Assembly (NCBI GenBank): GCA_031288835.1
Contig: JAITQO010000007.1
Coordinates: 6,417-70,416, forward strand
Source of the DNA: Rickettsiales bacterium
Lineage (GTDB): Bacteria > Pseudomonadota > Alphaproteobacteria > Rs-D84
Direction of reading: 5' to 3'
Length of the DNA stretch: 64,000 bases
Shown one piece after another: positions 37,691 to 46,441 of this stretch. Within the stretch, counting starts at the first letter, position 1; each line of letters begins with the position of its first letter. The notes under the pieces were generated by a model that worked only from the letters and a program-made list of their open reading frames with translations, made no database searches and was not told the DNA's origin. The position numbers and the translations under genes were made by a program.

Positions 37691-38161
37691 TCATCTCACC
37701 AATCCGCCGACAAACCGACAAACGTGCGCGTCTTTTCCATTGAACAGGATTTTCTCTTGCCCGCTGAAATTGGCCATATCGCCATCAATGGAATTATGGT
37801 ATAAAAAACCACCCTCTTCCGCCCTCGCCGGGCCGCGGACGGGGATAAGCGCACCGGTGTCCGTCAGAAGAACTTTGCGAAGAAATGCAAAAACTTCTTC
37901 GGGCGATTTTTCCGATTTCGGTGTCCAGCCGTAGTAACTCATTCCCCACGCCGGATTGCCCTTGTAATAAATAATCTCGGTTCCGATAAATCGCTCGCCT
38001 CCGAAATAAGAATCGTGAAAAACAAAATCACCGTCTTGATATTCCAAATCCTTTGAGGCCGGGCGGGACGATTGGGCGACGCCTTTGCCGGAGCCATAAC
38101 CGTAAAGGTTCGCCTGCTTCAGAAACGCGGTCAATTCATTTATTTTTGGCATCATTATCAT
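37691..38161 (-). CDS. DUF5680-like protein
   Basis: ATG at 38161 after AGGAG (the ORF-track TTG is at 38209). ...FVFHDSYFGGERFIGTEIIYYKGNPAWGMSYYGW... resembles the DUF5680 core that is usually fused to XRE-type regulators. Confidence 0.45.
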   Translation of the reverse strand: MIMMPKINELTAFLKQANLYGYGSGKGVAQSSRPASKDLEYQDGDFVFHDSYFGGERFIGTEIIYYKGNPAWGMSYYGWTPKSEKSPEEVFAFLRKVLLTDTGALIPVRGPARAEEGGFLYHNSIDGDMANFSGQEKILFNGKDAHVCRFVGGLVR

Positions 38162-38210
38162 TGTTTTCTCCTTGAAAATGCGCAATTTGTATATTATTAT
38201 CCCTTGCAAT

Positions 38211-38286
38211 GCCGGTTTAGCCCAGTTGGTAGAGCATCTGATTTGTAATCAGAGGGTCGGGGGTTCAAGTCCCTCAACCGGCACCA
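38211..38286 (+). tRNA. tRNA-Thr (anticodon TGT), CCA encoded
   Basis: Acceptor GCCGGTT/AACCGGC. D-arm AGCC-CAGTTGGTA-GAGC. Anticodon stem TCTGA/TCAGA with loop TTTGTAA. T-arm GGGGG-TTCAAGT-CCCTC, then A-CCA. Confidence 0.9.
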
Positions 38287-38419
38287 TCCTTCTCCACTTT
38301 GCCGCGAAGGGCACGCGAACACCGATTTTTTCATTTTCAAACCACTGTTCGCGCACAAATACCACATATGCCCGCGGCCCGATAAAACATGAAAAACATC
38401 AAGCATAGTTTCTGGCATT

Positions 38420-38713
38420 TTATTTCATCTGCCCGTTTGTCATTCTGCACATGGCGCAAATGCAAGTTATGATATTTTTTAACTGCTCCCTGCAGGCATT
38501 TCCAAGGTCGGACATTTTGTAAGTGTCCGTCTTAACATCATAGACGTCGGTATAATCCCACTTCCAAAACCCTTCGACCATTCCGCGGGCCGGACACCCT
38601 GGAAGCCCGAAAGCCACAGATGCCCCGCACTTGTCGCCGGACGATTTGACATCTATATTTCCATTCGGATGATATACGCTGAACACAGTCTTTTGCGAGG
38701 TTTTGTCTTCCAT
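38420..38713 (-). CDS. Hypothetical protein (97 aa, 7 Cys)
   Basis: ATG ORF after GGAGAA. I recognise no family. Confidence 0.4.
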   Translation of the reverse strand: MEDKTSQKTVFSVYHPNGNIDVKSSGDKCGASVAFGLPGCPARGMVEGFWKWDYTDVYDVKTDTYKMSDLGNACREQLKNIITCICAMCRMTNGQMK

Positions 38714-38747
38714 TTTCGTTCTCCTTGTCCGATTTTATTCCCTGACT

Positions 38748-39176
38748 TTATCTTCTGCGACCTATGCGGCGCCCCGCGCCGAGAACCTTGGTCAGAACAT
38801 TGCTTTCAGTCAGAATGCGGGATAACTTTTCAATATTATCGGGATTGAACCTTCGCAAAATCGCCCGGCTTTGCGATTCAACCAAGCCCTTCAGGTCGTC
38901 AACACTGTAAGTTGCGAAAAACGACTTGATTTTCATGCTAAGATTTTGATGGGCAATTTTTCTCGCGAATATGTTTGCGCACGTTTTTTTCCCGATTATG
39001 CCGCGCATTGATTCGCGATTATTTTTCAAAATTTTGTAATCTTCAACAAATTTCCTAACCACTAGGGAATCGCCCCAATCGAATGCTTTTTTAATCTTTT
39101 TTTCCTGGGATTTCACATATCTTTGCAAATCTTTCACACTGCAACTTTCCAAAATATTCTCTGCTATGCCTTTCAT
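38748..39176 (-). CDS. Hypothetical protein (142 aa)
   Basis: ATG ORF. Helical, K/R-rich, AT-rich. I recognise no family. Confidence 0.4.
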   Translation of the reverse strand: MKGIAENILESCSVKDLQRYVKSQEKKIKKAFDWGDSLVVRKFVEDYKILKNNRESMRGIIGKKTCANIFARKIAHQNLSMKIKSFFATYSVDDLKGLVESQSRAILRRFNPDNIEKLSRILTESNVLTKVLGAGRRIGRRR

Positions 39177-39468
39177 TTTCCACCGCCTTTTTCACAGCAG
39201 CGCACGCGCAAATATATCCGCCGCTACAAAAGAGTATACCGCCGCAAACACAATTGTCAATACAAATGTGATGACTTGCGCAAACACGCTTGTGATGGCG
39301 CCTGTCGGACAATATGCGTTCCGTGAAATACGCAAAAATGCGCTATGATTCGCGATACGGTTAAAAAAGCATAATTAATTGCCTGGAACATGTCTTCTAG
39401 ACCTGCTACTATTTTTTTATAAATATCCATTAAAATTCAGAAATCAGAAAAAGGAATAAAAAGTGAGA

Positions 39469-39881
39469 ATGAATATATCCGTCGTTTTTGACAAAGACGA
39501 AAAAACATTTTGATGTGTTTGCGCTCGAAAGAGCCTTACAAGGGGTTATATAATCTCAATGGCGGAAAAATAGAGCATAATGAAGATGATTTAGAGTCGG
39601 CATACAGAGAATTGCTTGAAGAAACCGGTATTTCAAAAGACGATATAAAATTGACTCATTTTATGAACATTAACTATTTGATGAGCGGCAACGAACTGCA
39701 AGTTTACGTTGGAAAACTAAACAAAACTGTCGAATTGCAAGAAGAAAAAAACAAACTGGCCTAGCGCTCAATAAACGATAATTTCTTTGATATGCAAAAA
39801 TTTGCAGGCGAAGGAAATATCGGCCATATAATGGAAAATATCAAGCTTTATAGGAATAAATTGTTTGACGAAACAGAATAA
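39469..39881 (+). pseudogene. NUDIX hydrolase, disrupted
   Basis: MNISVVFDKDEKTF stops in the T4 run at 39508-39511. The next frame continues LMCLRSKEPYKGLYNLNGGKIEHNEDDLESAYRELLEETGI, which is the NUDIX box GGx5Ex7REUxEExGU. An in-frame TAG at 39762-39764 is followed by ...FAGEGNIGHIMENI in the same frame. Confidence 0.6.
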
Positions 39882-39949
39882 AAATATGTCCAAAAAGATA
39901 CACTCCCGACAATCAGGATAGTAAAGAAACAAGAACGAAAGGATTATTT

Positions 39950-40561
39950 ATGGAACACGCCCGGCAGGACAAAACATGCTTTTTCAACAACAAGGCGAAA
40001 AAATGGAACGAGGCATCCAGAGCTGCCGACCTGGAAAAAGCGGAATTGCAGCTGCATCTTCTCGACATTAAACACGGAAACGTCGTTCTGGACGTCGGAA
40101 CGGGAACCGGAATACTTATCCCATTGCTTGCGCGATTTACCGACGAAGCCGGCATCACGGCGATTGACCTGTCTCCGAACATGATTGCGGCCGCGCGGGA
40201 CAATTTTCCAACAAGCGCAACCAGATTCATAGAGGGCGACGTTCTGACCTATCCGTTCGCGGCGGAGTCGTTCGATTTCGTCATATGCTATTCGATATTT
40301 CCGCATTTCGAAAATCACAGGAACGCGTTCCGGCATCTTGCGGGACTGATAAGGCAAGGCGGGAAAATCGCCATCATGCATTCCTCCAGCAGAAATGACA
40401 TCAACGCGATGCACGGCCGCATCGGGGCGGTTAAAGACGACCTATTGCCGCCAATTGGCGTTCTGCGGGATTTCGCCGCGGAATGCGGACTAAAAGAAGA
40501 AATCTCCCTCGACACCGCGCGGATGTTCATGCTGGCCGCGCGAAAGGACAAGGCGAAATAA
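39950..40561 (+). CDS. Class I SAM-dependent methyltransferase
   Basis: Motif I VLDVGTGTGILI, followed by ITAIDLSPNMI and FDFVICYSIFPHF. Confidence 0.75.
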   Translation: MEHARQDKTCFFNNKAKKWNEASRAADLEKAELQLHLLDIKHGNVVLDVGTGTGILIPLLARFTDEAGITAIDLSPNMIAAARDNFPTSATRFIEGDVLTYPFAAESFDFVICYSIFPHFENHRNAFRHLAGLIRQGGKIAIMHSSSRNDINAMHGRIGAVKDDLLPPIGVLRDFAAECGLKEEISLDTARMFMLAARKDKAK

Positions 40562-40631
40562 TAACCATTGCAATTAGCGAAAACTTGTGTAAAAATAAGG
40601 GACAGAGAGAATAAACCAAAAGGATTATTCC

Positions 40632-41624
40632 ATGAAAGAGCAAATAATTTTCCCACCGACGCCATTTCCATACATCTACCACGGCAAGGTCAGGGATACG
40701 ATGGAACTTCCGTATAATCAGCTCGCGATTGTGACGTCCGATCGCATTTCAGCCTTCGACGTCGTTTTGCCGAACGGCATTCCTGAAAAGGGAGTAATTT
40801 TGACGCAGATTACCAACTATTGGCTGGGTAAATTGAAACAAATCGCGCCGACGCATTTCATAACGTCGCTGGACATGGATTCAGATTTTGACAAGTTTCC
40901 GAAATTAAAGCCCCATATGGCGGAACTGAAAGGACGCACGACCATCGCGATAAAACTTGACATGTTGCCGATTGAATGGATTGTGCGCGGAAACCTGACG
41001 GGTAGCGGATGGAAAGACTATTTGAATACCGGGCACGTCGGCGGACACAAATTGCCGGCGAATATGAAAAAATCCCAACGTCTGCCCGAATCGCTCCTGA
41101 CTCCGTCCACAAAGGCGAAACAAGGGCTGCACGACGAAAACATCACTTGCGCCGAGGCAAAGAAAATGCTGCAAAAACTCGGATACGGAGATTATATCTA
41201 TCACAAATGCGAAGAATATGCACTGAACCTGTTCAATGCCGCGCGGGAAATGGCGGAAAAGAACGGATTGATTTTGGTTGATACAAAGTTCGAATTCGGT
41301 TTGGATTCCAGTAAGGCCGTAAGACTCGGGGACGAAGTTCTGACTCCGGATTCGTCCAGATTCTGGGACAAGCAGCAATTCGAGCATGCATTCGCTAAAG
41401 GAGAAGAGCCGGAAAGTTTCGATAAGCAGTTTGTTAGAAACTATCTGGAAGAATTGGAAAAGGCCGGCAAATGGGACAGGAAAACGCTGCCAGCTCCGGA
41501 ATTGCCGAATGATATAGTCATAAAAACGATTGACAAATACCTTTCATGCTATGAACTTCTGACCAGGCAGGAAAATAAAATCATAGCCGCCCTGCGCAAG
41601 GAATACAATCAGGAATATCGGTAA
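40632..41624 (+). CDS. purC: Phosphoribosylaminoimidazole-succinocarboxamide synthase (SAICAR synthase), long form
   Basis: YHGKVRDTMEL...VTSDRISAFDVVLPNGIPEKG...LVDTKFEFG...LTPDSSRFW. Confidence 0.85.
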   Translation: MKEQIIFPPTPFPYIYHGKVRDTMELPYNQLAIVTSDRISAFDVVLPNGIPEKGVILTQITNYWLGKLKQIAPTHFITSLDMDSDFDKFPKLKPHMAELKGRTTIAIKLDMLPIEWIVRGNLTGSGWKDYLNTGHVGGHKLPANMKKSQRLPESLLTPSTKAKQGLHDENITCAEAKKMLQKLGYGDYIYHKCEEYALNLFNAAREMAEKNGLILVDTKFEFGLDSSKAVRLGDEVLTPDSSRFWDKQQFEHAFAKGEEPESFDKQFVRNYLEELEKAGKWDRKTLPAPELPNDIVIKTIDKYLSCYELLTRQENKIIAALRKEYNQEYR

Positions 41625-41669
41625 CATTTCCCCCGCCCCCCGAACGGCGGGGAGTGAGGGATTTCATCA

Positions 41670-43505
41670 TCATCTATCATCTTGACGCCTGCAAAATCTT
41701 GGGCGTGGCAACAGCAACAATCCGCATACCAGCACTATTATCAACATCGTGCCATTCAATCCGATGCGCCGATAAACCGTCAGACTCGCGGGCGGAACTT
41801 CTCCGTCCAAAACGCCGACCATATCCAAAGGCAAGCTTTTGACGATACGCCCGCTGGCGTCGATTATTGCGGAAATCCCGCTATGATTCGCGCGAACTAT
41901 CGGCAATCCTGTTTCAATCGCCTGCCGGCGCGCCATGTCGAGGTGCTGGTGCGGCCCTGACGAATTGCCGAACCATCCGTCATTGGAAATATTCAATATA
42001 AATCTTGGCAACGCGCCCGCTGGAAGCAGAGAATCCGAAAAAATAATCTCATAACAAATCGCCGGCGCGAAACCGCCCATCAGTTTCGGGCCCGGACCCG
42101 GCGTAAGGTTTGCAATCGCCGGGACAAGCTTCCATAACACACGATATTCGCCGAATGGAACTAGATGGGCCTTTAGGTAAACATCGGCGACATTTCCATC
42201 CTTGTCCGCAAGCAGCATCGCGTTGAACGTCCCCGTGTAATCGCTGTAAACCGCGCCGGCGGCCAAAGGAACGCCAAGCGCCGGAAGTTTCTTTCCCGGA
42301 TACGCGATATACGGATACGAAGTTTCAGGCCAAATAATTAAATCCGCCTTTGCGCCCTTTGACATATCAACCAGCAGATTCATCCTATCTTCGCGTTGCC
42401 CATCGAATTTTCGGTTCATATCAAACGACGGCTGGACAATACGAACCGTCATCAGATTATTGCTGACGGGTGCCGTCAAAACAATCCGGCCAATAAACGG
42501 CGCCATCAGCAACGGGAAGAAAAACAAAAATTGCCATTTGTTTTTCGTCCTTAGGAATTCAGGAATCGAACAAATCGCGCCGACAAGGACAAATGTCAGG
42601 CCGAGCGCGCCTATGACGGACATCGAGCCGGATATTGCCGGAAACGGCAGCGTTATGTTCGCAACCGGGTTCAGCGGACACCCAGTCAGAAACCATTCGC
42701 GCAGCCACAGGATGAATGTCCATGCCAGCGCGAAGTAAACAGTCCGCCGCCATCCGGACGATTCGGTTTTCGCAGTCATGAAAAACGGCAGGCCGAAAAC
42801 AATTCCGGACGCCAACGCCAAGCCAACCAAGCCGATGGGATAAAAATACCACATCTGCCGCGCGATTTCCGTATTGGCGAAAATAGATTCCAAACTCCAA
42901 TGAAAACTCGCCGCACCATAGCCCGCGCCCCACCAGAATCCGAACCCGTATCCTCTGTCCTTGGACAAATAATACGCCGCACCAATTGATAAGGCGGTCG
43001 CCCACCACAAATAATGCGGCGCGAGCCCGAATACTCCGATAACGCCCAGCAGGAACAGCCCGACTTTTTTCATGACGGCAAACGGTTCTTTGTATGGATT
43101 TTTTATTTTCATCTCGCGCAGGATTTTTACTTCTTTCCGTTCCATAATCTTCGCATCCCTTTCATCGATATGGTCGAATCCCTGCAAATGCAGAATGCCG
43201 TGAACAAGCAGATGCGTAGCATGCTTGGCAAAACCGTCACATCTAGCCTCGCGCGCGACCGCATCGAACGAAATAAAAACGTCGCCAAGAAGTTCCTCGT
43301 CGCCCGTCTCGAACGACAGCACATTCGTCGGCGCGTCAATCCTGCGATATTTTTTGTTTAATTTTTGCAGTTCGGCGTCATTGGTCAAAGTTATGGAGAC
43401 TTCCGCCCCCCTGTTTTCATGAACAAGAGCTTTTTCCGCAATCGCAGTGCAATTAATTTTATACGCATTCCACCGCCTGTCTTTAATATTTACGATTACA
43501 GGCAT
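41670..43505 (-). CDS. lnt: In-frame fusion ORF: endoribonuclease YbeY (N-terminal ~145 aa) plus apolipoprotein N-acyltransferase Lnt
   Basis: From ATG 43505: ...TNVLSFE...HLLVHGILHLQGFDHIDE (YbeY zinc motif). It then runs with no stop into MKKVGLFLLGVIG... (internal ATG at 43073). That part has a multi-TM N-half and a nitrilase-type domain (IIWPETS...AICYEIIF...ISNDGWFG). The ORF-track start at 43670 overlaps miaB. Confidence 0.75.
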   Translation of the reverse strand: MPVIVNIKDRRWNAYKINCTAIAEKALVHENRGAEVSITLTNDAELQKLNKKYRRIDAPTNVLSFETGDEELLGDVFISFDAVAREARCDGFAKHATHLLVHGILHLQGFDHIDERDAKIMERKEVKILREMKIKNPYKEPFAVMKKVGLFLLGVIGVFGLAPHYLWWATALSIGAAYYLSKDRGYGFGFWWGAGYGAASFHWSLESIFANTEIARQMWYFYPIGLVGLALASGIVFGLPFFMTAKTESSGWRRTVYFALAWTFILWLREWFLTGCPLNPVANITLPFPAISGSMSVIGALGLTFVLVGAICSIPEFLRTKNKWQFLFFFPLLMAPFIGRIVLTAPVSNNLMTVRIVQPSFDMNRKFDGQREDRMNLLVDMSKGAKADLIIWPETSYPYIAYPGKKLPALGVPLAAGAVYSDYTGTFNAMLLADKDGNVADVYLKAHLVPFGEYRVLWKLVPAIANLTPGPGPKLMGGFAPAICYEIIFSDSLLPAGALPRFILNISNDGWFGNSSGPHQHLDMARRQAIETGLPIVRANHSGISAIIDASGRIVKSLPLDMVGVLDGEVPPASLTVYRRIGLNGTMLIIVLVCGLLLLPRPRFCRRQDDR

Positions 43506-44773
43506 ATTTCTCCCCTCAGACTGCATTTGTTCCCGTCGGTTATCCGTATCCTGCAAAAACTGCCGCCCGTCCCTCTGACGACAACCTGCTGCATAAACGG
43601 AGTTCTGTAAATCATATTTCCATTTTTGTCCGCATTTTCCAACAGGCAATCGAAAGTTCTTCCCACGCACGATTCATTGAACGCACGCATGCTCTCATTT
43701 ATTATTCCATCAAGGATTTTCAGCCGCTCGCGCTTCACGGAATCAGGAACCTGATTCGGCATTGCCGCGGCGGCCGTATGGGGGCGCCTAGAATACTTGA
43801 ACGAATAGGAATTGATGTATCCGACGCGATGCGCGACATCGCAGGTTTTCTCGAAATCCGAATCGGTTTCGCCAGGAAAGCCGACAATGAAATCGGAGCT
43901 GATTTGTATGTCGGGACGGGCGCGGCGCAATTTTTCTATAATCCCTAAATACTCGTTCACGTCATGCGGGCGATTCATGGCCTTCAATATATCCGGCGAG
44001 CCGGATTGCAGAGGAAGATTCAGGAACGGCAGCAACTTCGGCTCGCTTCCATGCAGTCCAATCAACTCATCGGTCATTTCCGCCGGATAAGACGAAGTAT
44101 AGCGGATGCGTTTAATCTCTGGCAATCCGGCGGTACCGCGAATCAGCGCCGCCAGATTGTATTTATACCCGTTTACATTCTGGCCAAGGAAGCAAATTTC
44201 AATCGCGCCATGCTCCGCCGCCGCACGCGCATCCGCGATCACGTCATCGAAAGTCCGCGACAATTCCGGGCCGCGCGTGAACGGCACGATGCAATACGTG
44301 CAGCAATGTGAGCAGCCTTCCTGAATTGGGATGTATGCCGAGAGTTCGCTTTCGAGCATTTCCGGCAGTGCGTCGAATTTCTCAAGCCCCGATAAATCGA
44401 CATACAAGTGCCTGGCGTCCGGATTTTCCAAAACCAGCGGCAGTTTGTGATACGACTGGGGTCCAAGAACAAAGTTCAATTCCGGAATACGGCGGAACGC
44501 ATCCGCGCCCGACTCGCGGGCGACGCATCCGACTATTCCAAAAATCGCGCCCGGTTTCTTCGAGTTCCGAATGCGCCCGAGTGCGGAAAAGACCTTGTTC
44601 GTCGCCTTTTCCCTAACGCTGCAGGTATTCAATATGACAACATCCGCATCAGAAATGGAATCCGTCCTCTGAAACCCGGACGCCTCTAACATTCCGGCAA
44701 TGCGCAGCCCGTCATAAACATTCATCTGGCAGCCGAAAGTTTCGAGGAAGAACTTTTTAGAGCCCGAGCGCAT
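43496..44773 (-). CDS. miaB: tRNA-2-methylthio-N6-dimethylallyladenosine synthase MiaB
   Basis: FLETFGCQMNVYD. Radical-SAM motif CSHCCTYC. A TRAM-like C-terminus. Confidence 0.85.
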   Translation of the reverse strand: MRSGSKKFFLETFGCQMNVYDGLRIAGMLEASGFQRTDSISDADVVILNTCSVREKATNKVFSALGRIRNSKKPGAIFGIVGCVARESGADAFRRIPELNFVLGPQSYHKLPLVLENPDARHLYVDLSGLEKFDALPEMLESELSAYIPIQEGCSHCCTYCIVPFTRGPELSRTFDDVIADARAAAEHGAIEICFLGQNVNGYKYNLAALIRGTAGLPEIKRIRYTSSYPAEMTDELIGLHGSEPKLLPFLNLPLQSGSPDILKAMNRPHDVNEYLGIIEKLRRARPDIQISSDFIVGFPGETDSDFEKTCDVAHRVGYINSYSFKYSRRPHTAAAAMPNQVPDSVKRERLKILDGIINESMRAFNESCVGRTFDCLLENADKNGNMIYRTPFMQQVVVRGTGGSFCRIRITDGNKCSLRGEICL

Positions 44774-45005
44774 TCCGATAAATCTTGGTCAATTCGTCCG
44801 ACTCGGACAACTCGTCCGGGTCCATTTTCCGCAGGCGAACCATTTGGCGGATATATCTGGGGTCAAACCCCGCGGACTTTGCCTCGGTGTAAATCTCTTT
44901 CAGGTCCGCGCCCAACGCGTTAACCTCTTCGTTGACTTTCTCAATGCGCTCGATGATTGTAATCAGCTGCTTGTTGTCAATCGCGCCATGGTTTTCTGCT
45001 TTCAT
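44757..45005 (-). CDS. gapR: GapR-like DUF2312 (UPF0335) nucleoid-associated protein
   Basis: From ATG 45005: MKAENHGAIDNKQLITIIERIEKVNEEVNALGADLKEIYTEAKSAGFDPRYIRQMVRLRKMDP. This is the typical alphaproteobacterial DUF2312 sequence. Confidence 0.75.
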   Translation of the reverse strand: MKAENHGAIDNKQLITIIERIEKVNEEVNALGADLKEIYTEAKSAGFDPRYIRQMVRLRKMDPDELSESDELTKIYRNALGL

Positions 45006-45060
45006 TTTTTCTCCTTTTTGACAGGATTTTATGGTATCATTAAAAAAAGGAATTGCAAGG

Positions 45061-46407
45061 ATGAGATTCACAAAAATCACCGCCTCAGTCGGCCCCGAAA
45101 CCGAATCGCCGAAAATGCTGCGCGCGCTTATGGATTCGGGGGCGAATGCGTTCCGTCTGAACTTTTCGCACGATTCGGGAGATATTCAAGGCGCAAGAAT
45201 AAAAAGAATCAGGCAGCTGAAGGCGCCGGTGGCAGTCATCGCCGATTTGCAGGGACCAAAGCTCCGAATCGGAGATTTCGCTGGCGGCGGCGCGACACTG
45301 AAAGACGGCGATAACTTTACATTTGATAATAATCCAAAAGATGGCGACAACACGCGCGTATATTTGCCGGACAAAGACGTTCTGGCGGCATTGAAAGATG
45401 GCGACACGATTTTATTGAATGATGGGAAACAGGAATTCAAAGTCCTCAAATCCGGAAAGAGCAATGTCCAGGCCGTTGTCGTCCGCGGCGGGGAAATTAA
45501 ATCGCGGCGCGGATTCAATTTGCCCGACACGGAAATAAACCGCCCGATTTTGACCGAAAAGGACAAGGGCGATTTGGAATATGCAATCGCGCGGGACGTC
45601 GATTATATCGCGGTATCGTTCGTGCAGAAACCCGAGGATATATCTGAGGTTCGCGATTTCATAACCGAGCGCACGGGCAGGCCGATTAAAATCATTGCAA
45701 AAATAGAGCGCCCGCAGGCGTTGGCGAGAATCGAAGACATAATCAAAAACAGCGACGGGATTATGGTTGCGCGCGGCGACCTAGCGGTCGAGATTCCGTA
45801 TTACAAAGTTCCGGAAATCTCGCGCCGACTAATAAAACTCTGCCGCGCCCTGAATAAGCCCATCATCATGGCAACGCAAATGCTTGCCAGCATGATTGAA
45901 TCGGCATTCCCGACGCGCGCGGAAATATCGGACGTCGCGACGGCGGCGTATCTCCGCTCCGATTCGGTGATGACCAGCGAAGAGACGACCGTTGGGAAAC
46001 ATCCGGCGCTTGTAATCGAGACGATGGCGGCGATTCTTAAAAATGCAGACAATGACGAGATTTGCCATCATTATGACTGGATTCCGGCGAACGACGGCGA
46101 GAATGCGTGGTCAAAGTCGGTTGTCGAGCTGGCGCGGCTGAATGATGCGGCGGCGATTGTGATTTTCACGCACACTGGCGAAAACGCGCGGACAATTTCG
46201 TCGCGGAGGCCGGACATCCCAATCGTCGCGGTATGCCAGGACGAGATTGTCGCGAATCAGCTGTGCCTATATCGGGGGGTGATTCCGCTGGCCGACAAAA
46301 AACTATTTCGTGAGAAAGACTATGACGGCGCCGCGGCATGCGCGGGCATCAATTCCGGACATGCGGTAATAGTCGACAAAGATTCCATCACTCTGGGTCG
46401 CATCTGA
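45061..46407 (+). CDS. pyk: Pyruvate kinase
   Basis: MRFTKITASVGPE...NAFRLNFSHD...IADLQGPKLRIG...IMVARGDLAVE...ATQMLASM. Confidence 0.9.
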   Translation: MRFTKITASVGPETESPKMLRALMDSGANAFRLNFSHDSGDIQGARIKRIRQLKAPVAVIADLQGPKLRIGDFAGGGATLKDGDNFTFDNNPKDGDNTRVYLPDKDVLAALKDGDTILLNDGKQEFKVLKSGKSNVQAVVVRGGEIKSRRGFNLPDTEINRPILTEKDKGDLEYAIARDVDYIAVSFVQKPEDISEVRDFITERTGRPIKIIAKIERPQALARIEDIIKNSDGIMVARGDLAVEIPYYKVPEISRRLIKLCRALNKPIIMATQMLASMIESAFPTRAEISDVATAAYLRSDSVMTSEETTVGKHPALVIETMAAILKNADNDEICHHYDWIPANDGENAWSKSVVELARLNDAAAIVIFTHTGENARTISSRRPDIPIVAVCQDEIVANQLCLYRGVIPLADKKLFREKDYDGAAACAGINSGHAVIVDKDSITLGRI

Positions 46408-46441
46408 CCGAACAAAGTTCGCCGGATGCGGAACTTTGATT

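Noticed and set aside
39200-39440. A small membrane protein reconstructed across a T6 run (MDIYKKIVAGLEDMFQAINYAF... then ...VFAQVITFVLTIVFAAVYSFVAADIFARALL)
   Set aside because: It needs an assumed frameshift. Each piece is below 60 aa, and there is no family support. I mention it only as a possibility in the pocket finding.
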